Notes under the pieces: generated by a model
Seen by the model: only the letters and a program-made list of their open reading frames with translations
What the model was told of the DNA's origin: nothing
The model's database searches: none
Program-made: the position numbers and the translations under genes
Shown: positions 9,139-19,500 of the stretch, piece by piece
Layout: each line of letters begins with the position of its first letter
Numbering within the stretch: position 1 is the stretch's first letter
Source: Lachnospiraceae bacterium UBA3866
GTDB taxonomy: Bacteria > Bacillota > Clostridia > Lachnospirales > Lachnospiraceae
Reading direction: 5' to 3'
Assembly: GCA_002392345.1 (NCBI GenBank)
Contig: DGGU01000042.1
Span: forward strand, 14,358 to 78,357
DNA: 64,000 nt

Positions 9139-11478
9139 ATGGATTACATTGGAAAAAGTAATTTAAGAGTAGACGCATATGCAAAAGTGACTGGTAAGGC
9201 TTTGTATACTGCAGATATGGCACCAAGGGACTCTTATGTAGCAAAGGTTTTACATTCTACTATCGCAAATGGTGAAGTTGTGAGTATGGATGTGACTGAA
9301 GCGAAGAAAATTCCTGGTGTCATAGGAGTATTTACCTGCTTTGATGTGCCAGATGTTGAGTTCCCTACAGCAGGACATCCTTGGGGGCTTGAACCTGCTC
9401 ATCAAGATATAGCAGATAGGAAGCTTTTGAATAAAAGAGTTCGTCTATATGGCGATGACATCGCTGCAGTAGTTGCAGAAGATAATGTTGCATGTGATAA
9501 AGCACTTAAATTAATTAAAGTTGAATATAAAGAATACCCTGTTCATACTGATGCTCGTTCAATGGTTCAAGATAAGGATGCGCCACTTCTTCATCCAAAT
9601 TGGAGAGATGATAATGTAATAGCTCATACTAGTTTTAAATCATCACCTGATTTTAATTATGATGAAGCCAAAAAGAAAGCAATCGCAGAGTATGGCGAAG
9701 ATAATCTTATTGAAGTTGTAAAGAATGTAAAGACTCCAAGAATATCTCATAGCCATATAGAACTTCCTGTATCTTATGCTTATGTAGATGCCAATGGAAA
9801 AGTTACAGTCGTTGCATCAACTCAGATACCACATATTGGTCGCCGTATTATAGCACAAGCTTTAAATATTCCATGGGGAAAAGTTCGTGTTATAAAACCA
9901 TATATAGGTGGTGGATTTGGCAATAAACAAGATCTACTTTATGAGCCACTTAATGCTTGGCTATCAGTTAAGTGTGGTGGTCATCCAGTAATATTAGAGA
10001 TATCAAGAGAAGAAACTATAGTAGGAACTCGTACTCGTCACCCTATGGATGGTGATGTCAGGGGGCTTGCGACCAAGGATGGTAAATTATTATGCCGTGA
10101 ACTTGTGAACTATAGTACTAATGGTGGGTATGCAGCACACGGTCATTCAATCACTGCAAAGTGTGCTGGAATCTTCCAAAATCTATATAAGAATCCTTTG
10201 GGAGTAAATTCTGAAGCTTATACTGTCTGGACTAATGCTCCTACATCAGCTGCAATGCGTGCATATGGTGTACCTCAAGCTGTATCATTTGCAGAGACAC
10301 TTACTGATGACATATGTTTTAAAGGTGGCTTTGATCCATTAAAGTTTAGGATGGATAACCTATGTGATGAGAATCTTAAAGCAGGCGGAGTCGAGTTCTA
10401 TACATATGGATTAAAGAAGTGCCTTGAAATTGGTGCTAAAAAGATTGGTTGGGACAAGAAAAGAGAAGAGTATAAAAATCAAACTGGACCTATAAGAAGA
10501 GGCGTTGGAATGTGCTGCTTTATATATCAGACAGCAGTAGCACCTATAGCACTTGAAACTTCTTCTATAAGAATGATACTTAATCAAGACGGCTCTATGC
10601 AACTTCAAACTGGCGCTACAGAGATAGGACAAGGTGCTGATACTGTATTCACTCAGATTGCTGCAGAGTCTACTGGTATAACTCCTGATAAGATTTTCAT
10701 CATGTCTAATCAAGATACTGATGTAACTCCATTTGACACAGGTGCATATGGCTCTCGTCAAACTTATGTAGCGGGAAATTCGATAAAGGAATGCGGAAAA
10801 TTATTTAAACAAAGGATTTGTGAATATGCACTTACTATAGAAGATGAGGAGAAACTTCAAGGTAAGAAAGTAGAAGACCTTGATGTATGTGACAATCATA
10901 TAGTAGATGTTAAAACTAAGGAGCAATTAGTACCGCTTTCAAAAGTTGCTTTAACTGGATTTTATTCATTTAAACACAATCAACATATAACAGCAGAAAA
11001 GACTACCGATATCACTACTAATACTTTTGCATCTGGCTGCACATTTGTAGATATAGAAGTTGATATGCCGCTTGGTATTATCAATATTAAAGATATAATT
11101 AGTGTCCATGATTCAGGGACGATTATTAATCCAGCTCTTGCTACTGCTCAAGTTCATGGCGGTATGTCAATGAGTCTTGGGTATGGATTAAGTGAAGAGT
11201 TGATGCTTGATCCAAAAACTGGAAAGCCATATAATGATAATCTTCTTGATTATAAGATACCAACTGCTATGGACTCACCTGATTTTAAAGTCGAATTCGT
11301 TGAGATGAAAGACCCTACTGGTGGTTATGGCAACAAGGCTCTTGGTGAGCCTCCTACAGTTGCACCAGCAGTTGCAATTCGTAATGCAGTTTTAAATGCA
11401 ACTGGCATTGGTTTTAATGAGTTCCCTCTCACAGCACAAAGACTCGTGCATGAGTTTAAAGCACAAGGATTGATTTAA
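9139..11478 (+). CDS. xdhA: Xanthine dehydrogenase, molybdopterin-binding subunit
   Basis: 779 aa with an a/b-hammerhead N-terminus (RVDAYAKVTGKALYTADM), YIGGGFGNKQ, and a C-terminal GEPPTVAPAVAIRNAV motif typical of Mo-hydroxylases. Confidence 0.85.
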   Translation: MDYIGKSNLRVDAYAKVTGKALYTADMAPRDSYVAKVLHSTIANGEVVSMDVTEAKKIPGVIGVFTCFDVPDVEFPTAGHPWGLEPAHQDIADRKLLNKRVRLYGDDIAAVVAEDNVACDKALKLIKVEYKEYPVHTDARSMVQDKDAPLLHPNWRDDNVIAHTSFKSSPDFNYDEAKKKAIAEYGEDNLIEVVKNVKTPRISHSHIELPVSYAYVDANGKVTVVASTQIPHIGRRIIAQALNIPWGKVRVIKPYIGGGFGNKQDLLYEPLNAWLSVKCGGHPVILEISREETIVGTRTRHPMDGDVRGLATKDGKLLCRELVNYSTNGGYAAHGHSITAKCAGIFQNLYKNPLGVNSEAYTVWTNAPTSAAMRAYGVPQAVSFAETLTDDICFKGGFDPLKFRMDNLCDENLKAGGVEFYTYGLKKCLEIGAKKIGWDKKREEYKNQTGPIRRGVGMCCFIYQTAVAPIALETSSIRMILNQDGSMQLQTGATEIGQGADTVFTQIAAESTGITPDKIFIMSNQDTDVTPFDTGAYGSRQTYVAGNSIKECGKLFKQRICEYALTIEDEEKLQGKKVEDLDVCDNHIVDVKTKEQLVPLSKVALTGFYSFKHNQHITAEKTTDITTNTFASGCTFVDIEVDMPLGIINIKDIISVHDSGTIINPALATAQVHGGMSMSLGYGLSEELMLDPKTGKPYNDNLLDYKIPTAMDSPDFKVEFVEMKDPTGGYGNKALGEPPTVAPAVAIRNAVLNATGIGFNEFPLTAQRLVHEFKAQGLI

Positions 11479-11479
11479 T

Positions 11480-11505
11480 CGTAGGGGCGAGCACTGCGAG
11501 CCCGG
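11480..11505 (+). repeat. REP copy (CGTAGGGGCGAGCACTGCGAGCCCGG)
   Basis: Consensus GTAG head plus the imperfect palindrome GGGCGAGC-ACT-GCGAGCCC. It fills the 38-nt xdhA-xdhB spacer and abuts RBS GGAAGGAG. Confidence 0.85.
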
Positions 11506-11516
11506 AAGGAGCATAG

Positions 11517-12413
11517 ATGTTTGATGTAAGTTTTATATATGAAGCAAAAGATGTAAAAGATGCCATCAAAAAGTTAGTCGAGAATGAGAATTCCGAAGTG
11601 ATAAGCGGTGGCACTGATGTTTTAATTCGCGTCCGCGAAGGAAAAGATGCAGGCATGGGGCTTGTATCTATCCATAATATTGCTGAATTGAAAGGAGTAA
11701 AGAAGGATAGCGACGGCAGCATAATCATAGGCGCCGGCACTTCTTTTCACGATATAGCCTATAATGAAATAATTAAAGAGTGTCTTCCATCACTTGGTGA
11801 GGCAGTTGATACAGTTGGAGGTCCACAAGTAAGAGAGACAGCGACTATAGGTGGAAACATCTGTAATGGCGCTACATCTGCTGATTCTGCATCAACTCTT
11901 GTAGCCTTGCAGGCTGATATTGTACTTGAAGGACCAAATGGTGAAAGAGTGGTAAATATAAAAGATTTTTATACAGGACCAGGAAAAACTGTTCGTGATA
12001 GATGTGAAGTATGCAAATGCTTCAAGATCAAAAAAGAGAATTATGAGAATTATTATGGATATTATTTTAAATATGGTAAGAGAAAATCACTTGAGATAGC
12101 AACACTTGGATGTTCTGTACTTGTAAAACTCAATGCAAGTAAAGATGCTATAGAAGATGTGAAGATCGCATATGGTGTTGCAGCACCAACACCAAGTAGG
12201 GCATATAAGGCGGAAGAATTTGTAAAAGGGAAAAAACTTGATGACAAAAATTTACTTGATGGATTTGCAGAGCTTGCATTATCTGAGATGAAACCAAGAG
12301 ATAGCTGGAGAGCAAGCAAGGAGTTCCGTGAACAACTTATAAAAGAAATGGCCAAGAGGTCGCTTGTCAATTCAATAAGAAGAGCAGGAGGTAAGATAGA
12401 ATATTATGTCTAA
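11517..12413 (+). CDS. xdhB: Xanthine dehydrogenase, FAD-binding subunit
   Basis: 298 aa, PCMH-type FAD-binding segment (VISGGTDVLIRVREG), CO-dehydrogenase flavoprotein-like C-terminus. Operon position lies between the Mo and Fe-S subunits. Confidence 0.8.
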   Translation: MFDVSFIYEAKDVKDAIKKLVENENSEVISGGTDVLIRVREGKDAGMGLVSIHNIAELKGVKKDSDGSIIIGAGTSFHDIAYNEIIKECLPSLGEAVDTVGGPQVRETATIGGNICNGATSADSASTLVALQADIVLEGPNGERVVNIKDFYTGPGKTVRDRCEVCKCFKIKKENYENYYGYYFKYGKRKSLEIATLGCSVLVKLNASKDAIEDVKIAYGVAAPTPSRAYKAEEFVKGKKLDDKNLLDGFAELALSEMKPRDSWRASKEFREQLIKEMAKRSLVNSIRRAGGKIEYYV

Positions 12414-13005
12414 GAAGATTATAACTCTCCATGTGAATGGAAAAGATAGAGAGGTTGCCATAGATGAGAGAGAGTCTTTATATGAGACTCTTAGAAATGA
12501 ACTTTGTCTTACTTCTATAAAAAAAGGCTGCGAAGTAGGAGAATGTGGTGCCTGCTCAGTTCTGCTTAATGGAAGATGTATAGATAGTTGCATTTATCTT
12601 ACTGTGTGGGCAGTTGGCAAGGACATCGTAACTGTTGAAGGACTTCGTGATGAAGAAAATGATGATATAACTGATGTGCAGAAAGAGTTTATAAAACAGG
12701 CTGCAGTTCAATGTGGCTTCTGCACTCCAGGGTTTATCCTTAAAGCTGTAGAGATAGTTGGCCATAATAAACCATATACAAGAGAAGAAATTAAGAAATT
12801 AATTACTGGCAATCTTTGCAGATGTACAGGTTACATGAATATAGTTACTGCAATTGAGCATGCTATAAAACACAATATGGATAAATTAGGTGTGCCTTAT
12901 GAAGTAGCACCTGCTACAACATCATTTGACATACCAGATAGTGAAAAAGATAAGATGCTTGAAGGTGTGCTTGCTATGCAAGATAATGATGTAACAAAAT
13001 TTTAG
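12406..13005 (+). CDS. xdhC: Xanthine dehydrogenase, [2Fe-2S] subunit
   Basis: Cys clusters CEVGECGACSV and CGFCTPG...CRCTGY. Overlaps xdhB by 8 nt, suggesting translational coupling. Confidence 0.85.
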   Translation: MSKKIITLHVNGKDREVAIDERESLYETLRNELCLTSIKKGCEVGECGACSVLLNGRCIDSCIYLTVWAVGKDIVTVEGLRDEENDDITDVQKEFIKQAAVQCGFCTPGFILKAVEIVGHNKPYTREEIKKLITGNLCRCTGYMNIVTAIEHAIKHNMDKLGVPYEVAPATTSFDIPDSEKDKMLEGVLAMQDNDVTKF

Positions 13006-13076
13006 GGCGAAGCCCAACATAGGGTGAGCGTCCGAGCGGAGCAACAAAGTGCCCTTGGGGTGCACTGCGAGCCCGG
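13006..13076 (+). repeat. Long-form REP unit (GGCGAAGCC linker + ATAG head + about 39-nt hairpin cargo + ACTGCGAGCCCGG)
   Basis: Near-identical to units at 22193..22262 and, inverted, 27064..27135. It starts directly after the xdhC stop codon. Confidence 0.8.
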
Positions 13077-13093
13077 AAATATTTGAAATTGAT

Positions 13094-13807
13094 ATGGAAA
13101 ATGTAATCTTAGAAAGATTAATATATGAATTTGAGCATCATATTAGAAATGAATTATATTCAATATGTCAATTTAAACTTGCAGCAAGAAGTAATCAGAT
13201 AGAAGGAAATACGATGACAGAAGAAGACACAGCAGTGTTATTTGATACTCAACAAATTCCAAGTACTAGTTATAAAGCTAAGGAAATTGAAGAGGCACAG
13301 GGGCATTTCTTGATGTTTAACGAGATGTTAAAGACTATTAGTGAACCATTTAGTGAAGACATTATCAAGAGTTATCATAAGGCAATGACTGAAGGGATAT
13401 TTGAGTTTAAAGCTAATGGTGGTGTACCTGGAGAATATAAGATGAGGAATAACATTGCTGGAACGACAGAGACTATAGAGCCAAGTAAAGTTAAAGAAGA
13501 ATTAGTTAAACTTATAAATGAATATAATAGTAAAGATAAGCCAACTTTAAAAGATATTGCAATTTTTCATTGTAAATATGAAAAGATACATCCTTTTCAA
13601 GATTATAATGGTAGAACTGGTAGAATGATAGTTTTTAGAGAAACCTTAAAGTACTTAACACCAGTAGTAATCAATGTTAGTGATAGAAAAGAGTATATTG
13701 ATGCATTAGTTGATGCGCAAAACAATAATTATAATGTTGAAAAACTTGAAATAAAATTTAAAGAGTGGAAAGACGCATTTTATAAAGAAATTGAAAAATA
13801 TATTTAA
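13094..13807 (+). CDS. Fic-family protein (class II, N-terminal inhibitory helix)
   Basis: Fic motif HPFQDYNGRTGR (nt 13589..13624) and inhibitory motif SNQIEG (nt 13190..13207). Start moved to ATG 13094 because the track N-terminus (13049) is read through the REP element. Confidence 0.8.
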   Translation: MENVILERLIYEFEHHIRNELYSICQFKLAARSNQIEGNTMTEEDTAVLFDTQQIPSTSYKAKEIEEAQGHFLMFNEMLKTISEPFSEDIIKSYHKAMTEGIFEFKANGGVPGEYKMRNNIAGTTETIEPSKVKEELVKLINEYNSKDKPTLKDIAIFHCKYEKIHPFQDYNGRTGRMIVFRETLKYLTPVVINVSDRKEYIDALVDAQNNNYNVEKLEIKFKEWKDAFYKEIEKYI

Positions 13808-13810
13808 ATC

Positions 13811-14098
13811 ATGGCTAGTTCAGTAGAATATAAAGATTTTATATTAGACCAGTTAAACTTATTAGATAATATAACAAGTAAGAAAATGATGGGTGAGTAC
13901 TTATTATACTGTGATGGAATTTTGTTCGGTGGCATTTATGATAATAGATTGCTTGTAAAGAAAACTACAACTAATGAGAAATTTAAAATGGAAGAACAGT
14001 TTCCATACAAAGGTGCAAAACCTATGTACTTTGTGGAAGATGTGGATAGTAAGAAAATATTAAAGAGAATAGTAATTGAAACTTGTAAAGGATTATAA
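13811..14098 (+). CDS. TfoX N-terminal domain protein
   Basis: 95 aa; the pattern YKDFILDQL...KKMMGEYLLYCDGILFGGIYDNRLLVK is typical of the TfoX_N domain. Confidence 0.65.
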   Translation: MASSVEYKDFILDQLNLLDNITSKKMMGEYLLYCDGILFGGIYDNRLLVKKTTTNEKFKMEEQFPYKGAKPMYFVEDVDSKKILKRIVIETCKGL

Positions 14099-14110
14099 AG
14101 GAGGAGAGTT

Positions 14111-15442
14111 ATGATTTTAGTTTATAATGGTCGTGTAGTTACAAGAGACGAAAAACAACCACTTATCAACAGCGGTGCTGTTGCAATTGATGGCAACAAG
14201 ATTGTTGAAGTTGGTGATAGTAATGCACTTAAGGCAAAATATGGAAGTGCAGAGTTTATAGATGCTAAGGGCGCAGTAGTTATGCCAGCATTTATTAATA
14301 TGCATGAGCACATATATTCTGCACTTGCAAGAGGACTAAATATTAAAGGCTATGTTGCTAAAGATTTCTTAACTATTCTTGATGGCATGTGGTGGACTCT
14401 TGATAGAAATCTTGATAATGAGTTCACAAAACTTTCTGCAATGCAGACATATATTGAGTCAGTAAAGAACGGCTGCACTACAACATTTGATCATCATGCT
14501 TCATTTGGCGAGATAGATGGCTCTCTTGATGCTATAGAAGAAGCAGCAAGACTACTTGGAGTAAGATCGTGTCTTTGCTATGAGATTTCTGATAGAGATG
14601 GCATGGAAAAATCTAAAAAATCTGTTCTTGAAAACTCACGGTTTATAAAAAAGACATTAAAGGCTAATGATGATTTTATAAAAGCAATGTGTGGCATGCA
14701 TGCTCAATTCACTATTTCTAACGAGACTTTTGAGTTTGCAAGATCAGAGACACCAAAAGAAGTAGGTTTCCATATTCACGTTGCAGAAGGCATAGAAGAT
14801 CTTCATGACTGCCTAAAAAAACATGGCAAGAGAATAGTTGATAGACTTGATGATTTTGATATACTTGGACCAAAATCTTTACTTGCACATTGTATATATG
14901 TAAATTCACACGAGATGGATAGGATAAAAGAAACTGATACGATGGTTGTACATAATCCAGAGAGCAACATGGGTAATGCCTGTGGTTGCCCTCCAACTAT
15001 GGAGATGGTTCATAGAGGAATTCTTACAGGTCTTGGGACAGATGGCTATACACATGATATGATAGAATCATATAAAGTTGCCAATATCTTACATAAGCAT
15101 CATCTTTGCACTGGCACAGCTGCTTGGGCAGAAGTACCACATATGCTCTTTGAGAATAATGCTAAGATGGCCAATAGATATTTTGATATTCCGCTTGGAA
15201 AATTGAAAGAGGGATATGCTGCTGATGTTATAGTTACAGATTATTATCCACATACTCCTATGGATGCTTCAAATATCAATGGCAATATCTTATTTGGTAT
15301 GAATGGCCGTTCGGTTGTCACAACTATCGGCAATGGTAAAGTACTTATGAAAGATAGGAAACTTACTATGCTTGATGAAGAAAAAATGCTTTCTGATATT
15401 GCAGAAAAAACTAAGAAGCTTTGGGGCAGAATTAATAAATAA
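14111..15442 (+). CDS. ssnA: SsnA-type amidohydrolase (putative selenium-metabolism/purine-cluster aminohydrolase)
   Basis: 443 aa, amidohydrolase HxH (FINMHEHIYS), later HVAE and DGY metal ligands. Synteny with ygfK/xdhD as in E. coli. Confidence 0.75.
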   Translation: MILVYNGRVVTRDEKQPLINSGAVAIDGNKIVEVGDSNALKAKYGSAEFIDAKGAVVMPAFINMHEHIYSALARGLNIKGYVAKDFLTILDGMWWTLDRNLDNEFTKLSAMQTYIESVKNGCTTTFDHHASFGEIDGSLDAIEEAARLLGVRSCLCYEISDRDGMEKSKKSVLENSRFIKKTLKANDDFIKAMCGMHAQFTISNETFEFARSETPKEVGFHIHVAEGIEDLHDCLKKHGKRIVDRLDDFDILGPKSLLAHCIYVNSHEMDRIKETDTMVVHNPESNMGNACGCPPTMEMVHRGILTGLGTDGYTHDMIESYKVANILHKHHLCTGTAAWAEVPHMLFENNAKMANRYFDIPLGKLKEGYAADVIVTDYYPHTPMDASNINGNILFGMNGRSVVTTIGNGKVLMKDRKLTMLDEEKMLSDIAEKTKKLWGRINK

Positions 15443-15548
15443 TGATATGATAGATTTAAAAGATGATTTTATTGAGATATTCAACTATTGAAGAGTGAAA
15501 AGAATAATTTAAAAGTTAAGTTAAGATAGCAAAGAAGTAATTTTTTAT

Positions 15549-15839
15549 ATGACAGAATTTGAAGAAAAAGTATATTTAGAAGTTAAAAAGATACCAAAAG
15601 GGAAAGTTGATACTTACAGAGGAATTGCTATTAAAATAGGCTATCCAAACGCTGCAAGAGCGGTAGGAAATGCATTACATAAAAACCCTAGTCAGAAAAA
15701 CATACCTTGCCATAGAGTAGTAAATAGCAAAGGGGAATGCTCTGGTAGTTTTGCATTTGGAGGAAAATACGCACAGGAAAAACTACTTAGAAAAGATGGA
15801 ATTAAATTTGTTAATGGTAAAGTTGTTTTCAATGATTAA
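15549..15839 (+). CDS. MGMT-family protein (O6-alkylguanine-DNA alkyltransferase DNA-binding/active-site domain only)
   Basis: 96 aa with the active-site IPCHRVV motif and a YRGIA helix-turn-wing region. Confidence 0.8.
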   Translation: MTEFEEKVYLEVKKIPKGKVDTYRGIAIKIGYPNAARAVGNALHKNPSQKNIPCHRVVNSKGECSGSFAFGGKYAQEKLLRKDGIKFVNGKVVFND

Positions 15840-16494
15840 GAGCAGAACCACACAACTTATATATAAGTCAATTTACATAGGCATATCAATAATTGCAATA
15901 CTAGCAAGTTTTGGACTTTTTGATATGAGTTTTAGGTGGGACTTTTACATCCATTTTACTAATTTAAGCAATTATTTATGTATTATAGTTATACTCATAG
16001 AATTGATTGACACAGCTAAAAGAGCAGAAGATGGCTTTGTTAAAACATTTTCTACATTAAAATTCACGGCACTACTTAGTATTTTATTAACATCTATAAT
16101 ATATAATTTTATACTTTCATCTACAAGAGACATTAAAGATAGTTTTGTAGTTGGAAGTATAACATTACATATTATTTTACCATTAATGTTTGTATTTGAT
16201 TATATACTTTTTTGTGAGCATGGGAAACTAAAATGGTATTACCCTATAGTAGCAACTTCCTTTCCACTAACTTATGCAGGGCTTGTATATATAAACGCTT
16301 TTATAATGAAATTTGATACGAATATATTGTCATATGATAAAAGTGTGCCATTTATATATCCATACTTTTTCTTAAATTTGGAAAAGTTAGGTGTAAATGG
16401 TGTAATAAAAAACATTATATTAATAACTATATTTTTCATAATATTTGGATATGTAGTTATGGCTATTGATAAGTTATTGTCAAAAATTAATTGA
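15832..16494 (+). CDS. Six-TM integral membrane protein (Pr6Pr-like?)
   Basis: Hydrophobic multi-pass protein with an HFTNLSNYL motif. Start set at ATG 15832, overlapping the MGMT stop (ATGATTAA); the track N-terminal extension overlaps the MGMT CDS. Confidence 0.5.
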   Translation: MIKSRTTQLIYKSIYIGISIIAILASFGLFDMSFRWDFYIHFTNLSNYLCIIVILIELIDTAKRAEDGFVKTFSTLKFTALLSILLTSIIYNFILSSTRDIKDSFVVGSITLHIILPLMFVFDYILFCEHGKLKWYYPIVATSFPLTYAGLVYINAFIMKFDTNILSYDKSVPFIYPYFFLNLEKLGVNGVIKNIILITIFFIIFGYVVMAIDKLLSKIN

Positions 16495-16595
16495 TATGAA
16501 CATTATTTTGAATACTATTGATAATGATATTAGAGATTTAATGAATAAATTGCAAAAGATTTTGTAGATAAGAACAAGTAACCAGGAGGAAGCAT

Positions 16596-19500
16596 ATGAG
16601 CGAAGTAATGAAAATTATGCCATTCAAGAATTTGATGGAGTGGGTTATTGATGAGAATAAAACCCGCAAGTCTGTTTTTGGTGTGAAGAAGTACTATAAG
16701 GCTGATGTTAAGAAAGGCTTCAACATTTATAAAGAGCATATAGAGACACCAATTGGACCTGCAGCTGGACCAAATTCTCAACTTGCTCAAAATATCATTG
16801 CAAGCTATATGGCCGGTGCAAGATTCTTTGAACTAAAGACTGTTCAAGAGATGACTGGTGCTGACATGGTTAAATGTGTTAATAAGCCATGTATTAAAGC
16901 AGATGATGAATGCTACAATTGCGAATGGTCTACTGAGCTCTATATGGACGAAGCGATTCAGGAATACATCAAAGCTTGGGTCATGCTTCACTTCATTTCA
17001 AAAGAATTTGAATTAGGCGCAACTGATGGTTTTGTATTCAACATGTCAGTTGGCTATAACCTTGATGATATAAAGAAAAAAGACACAGATAAGTTTATAG
17101 AGTGTATGAAAGATGCGAATAAGCATCCTGTATTTAAAGGGGCAATCGATTATCTTAAGGCTCATGTAAATGAGTATAAGAATTTTAAATTAGAAGATAT
17201 AGAAAAAATTCCAAATCAAGTATGCCATTCTGTGACGGAATCTACTCTTCATGGTTGTCCTCCTGCTGAGATAGAGAGGATAGCTATGTATCTTATGGAA
17301 GAGAAGGGTCTCAATACATTTATCAAATGCAATCCAACTCTTCTCGGATACGAGAGAGCTCGTAAAATTTTAAACGACATGGGCTACACATATATTGCAT
17401 TTACTGATTCGCATTTCTTGACTGATCTTCAGTGGGATGATGCTGTTAAAATGCTTAAGAGACTTATGGAACATGCAGAGAAGAAAGGACTTACTTTTGG
17501 CGTAAAACTGACTAATACTTTCCCTGTAGATGTAACAAGAAATGAATTGCCATCTCAGGAGATGTATATGTCAGGGAAATCTCTTTTTGCACTTTCGACT
17601 AAGGTCGCTGAGATGCTTACAACAGAGTTTAACGGCAAACTTAAGATAGCTTATTCTGGTGGCGCTGATTATTTTAATATAGATAAATTAGTTGATGCTG
17701 GTATCTGGCCTGTGACAGTTGCTACAACGATTCTAAAGCCAGGTGGATATGATAGATTCCATCAGATGGCAGAAAAGGTTATGGCCAATGTATCTGACAT
17801 GGTTACATTTAACGGAGTAGATGTAAAGAAAGTTCAAAATCTTTCTGAAGAATGTAAAAAAGATAAACATCTTGTTAAAAAGTCACTTAGATTTAAACAA
17901 AATAAAATCAAGGTTAAAAATCCACTCACTGATTGCTTCATGTCACCTTGCTCCATGACTTGCCCTATAAATCAAGATATATCTCTTTATAATTATTATG
18001 TAAAGAATAATGAATTTGAAAAAGCACTTGAAGTAATATACCGCACGAATCCACTACCTTTTATGACTGGAAATATCTGTGCTCACCCTTGTACAACTTC
18101 ATGTATGAGAAATCATTATGAAGAGAATGTTGACATTCGTGGCAATAAACTTCTTGCAGCGAGAAACGCCTTTGATAAAGTCGTTAAAAATGTTAAGCCA
18201 GTTTCGCCTAATGGTAAAACTGTAGCAGTTGTCGGTGCTGGCCCTGGTGGTATAGCTGTTGCTACTTTCTTAGCGAGGGATGGATATGCAGTCACTGTAT
18301 ATGATAAAGAGAAGAAAGCTGGCGGAACAGTGTCTAATATAATTCCTCATTTTAGACTACCAGAGGAAGAAATTGAAAAAGATGTAGAGTATGCTAAGGC
18401 TTGGGGAGCAAAATTCGAACTTGGAGTTGAGATAAAAAGTATAAAAGAACTTAAAGATAAATTTGATTATGTTGTTATTGCTATAGGAGCACATAAAGAG
18501 AGCAAGGCTGGATTTACTGGCGATGACAAATGCATAAATGCTCATAAATTCCTTATAGATTTCAATGAGAAGAATGGCAAGCTTGATATAGGAAAGAATG
18601 CTGCAGTTATCGGTGCTGGCAATACTGCTATGGATGCAGTTCGTGCAGCAAAGAGAACTTCAGGTGTAGAGAATGTATACCTTGTATACAGAAGAAATAT
18701 GTTAAATGCACCTGCTGATGAAGATGAGATCAATCTTGCAATTAAAGATGGTGTGCAGATTAAAGAATTACTTGCGCCAGATAGTTATGAAAATGGTGTA
18801 CTTAAATGTAAAGTTTGTAAACTTGGACCTATCGGTGCTGATGGAAGAAATAGCATAGACGTAACAAACGATATAGCTGAGATTAAAGCGGATATTGTCA
18901 TAGCATCTATCGGAGAAAAAGTTGATGGTGAATTCTATAAATCAAATGGTATAGATGTAAATGATAAAGGACTTCCAGTTCTTGATTCTATGATGCAGAC
19001 ATCTATTAAAGATGTATATGCTATAGGCGATGGTGCACTTGGTGCTTCTATTATAGTAAAAGCTATAAGGGATGCAAAACTTGTATCAGTGGCAATAAGT
19101 GGCAAGTCGTTCGAAGGTAATGAAGTGCCAAATGAAAAAGTTGAAAATATATATAAAGACCGAGCAATACTTAAAGATCGAGTGGAAGTAAGTGCTAATA
19201 ATGTAGGGGCTGTAAGCCATGCGAGCCCTAATGATGCAAGCAGGTGTTTACACTGCAACAAAGTCTGTGAGACTTGCAACGAAGTATGTCCGAATCGTGC
19301 AAATGTACATATAGAACTTAAAGATGGCAGTCACCAGATAGTTCATGTAGACAGTATGTGTAATGAGTGTGGAAATTGTGCAGTATTTTGTCCATATGAT
19401 AGTCGTCCATATAAAGATAAATTCACTTTATTCTTTGATGAGGCTGCTATGAATGATTCTGAAAATAGTGGATTCTATTTTAAAGATGAAAACCTTGCAG

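Noticed and set aside
13049-13093. N-terminal extension of the Fic ORF (track start 13049).
   Set aside because: The extension is a translation of the REP element starting from a GTG. A clean ATG at 13094 gives a typical Fic N-terminus.
15751-15831. Long N-terminal extension of the membrane protein ORF, overlapping the MGMT CDS.
   Set aside because: It lies in an alternative frame of a well-supported CDS. ATG 15832 gives an ATGA-type overlap with the MGMT stop and a sensible first TM helix.
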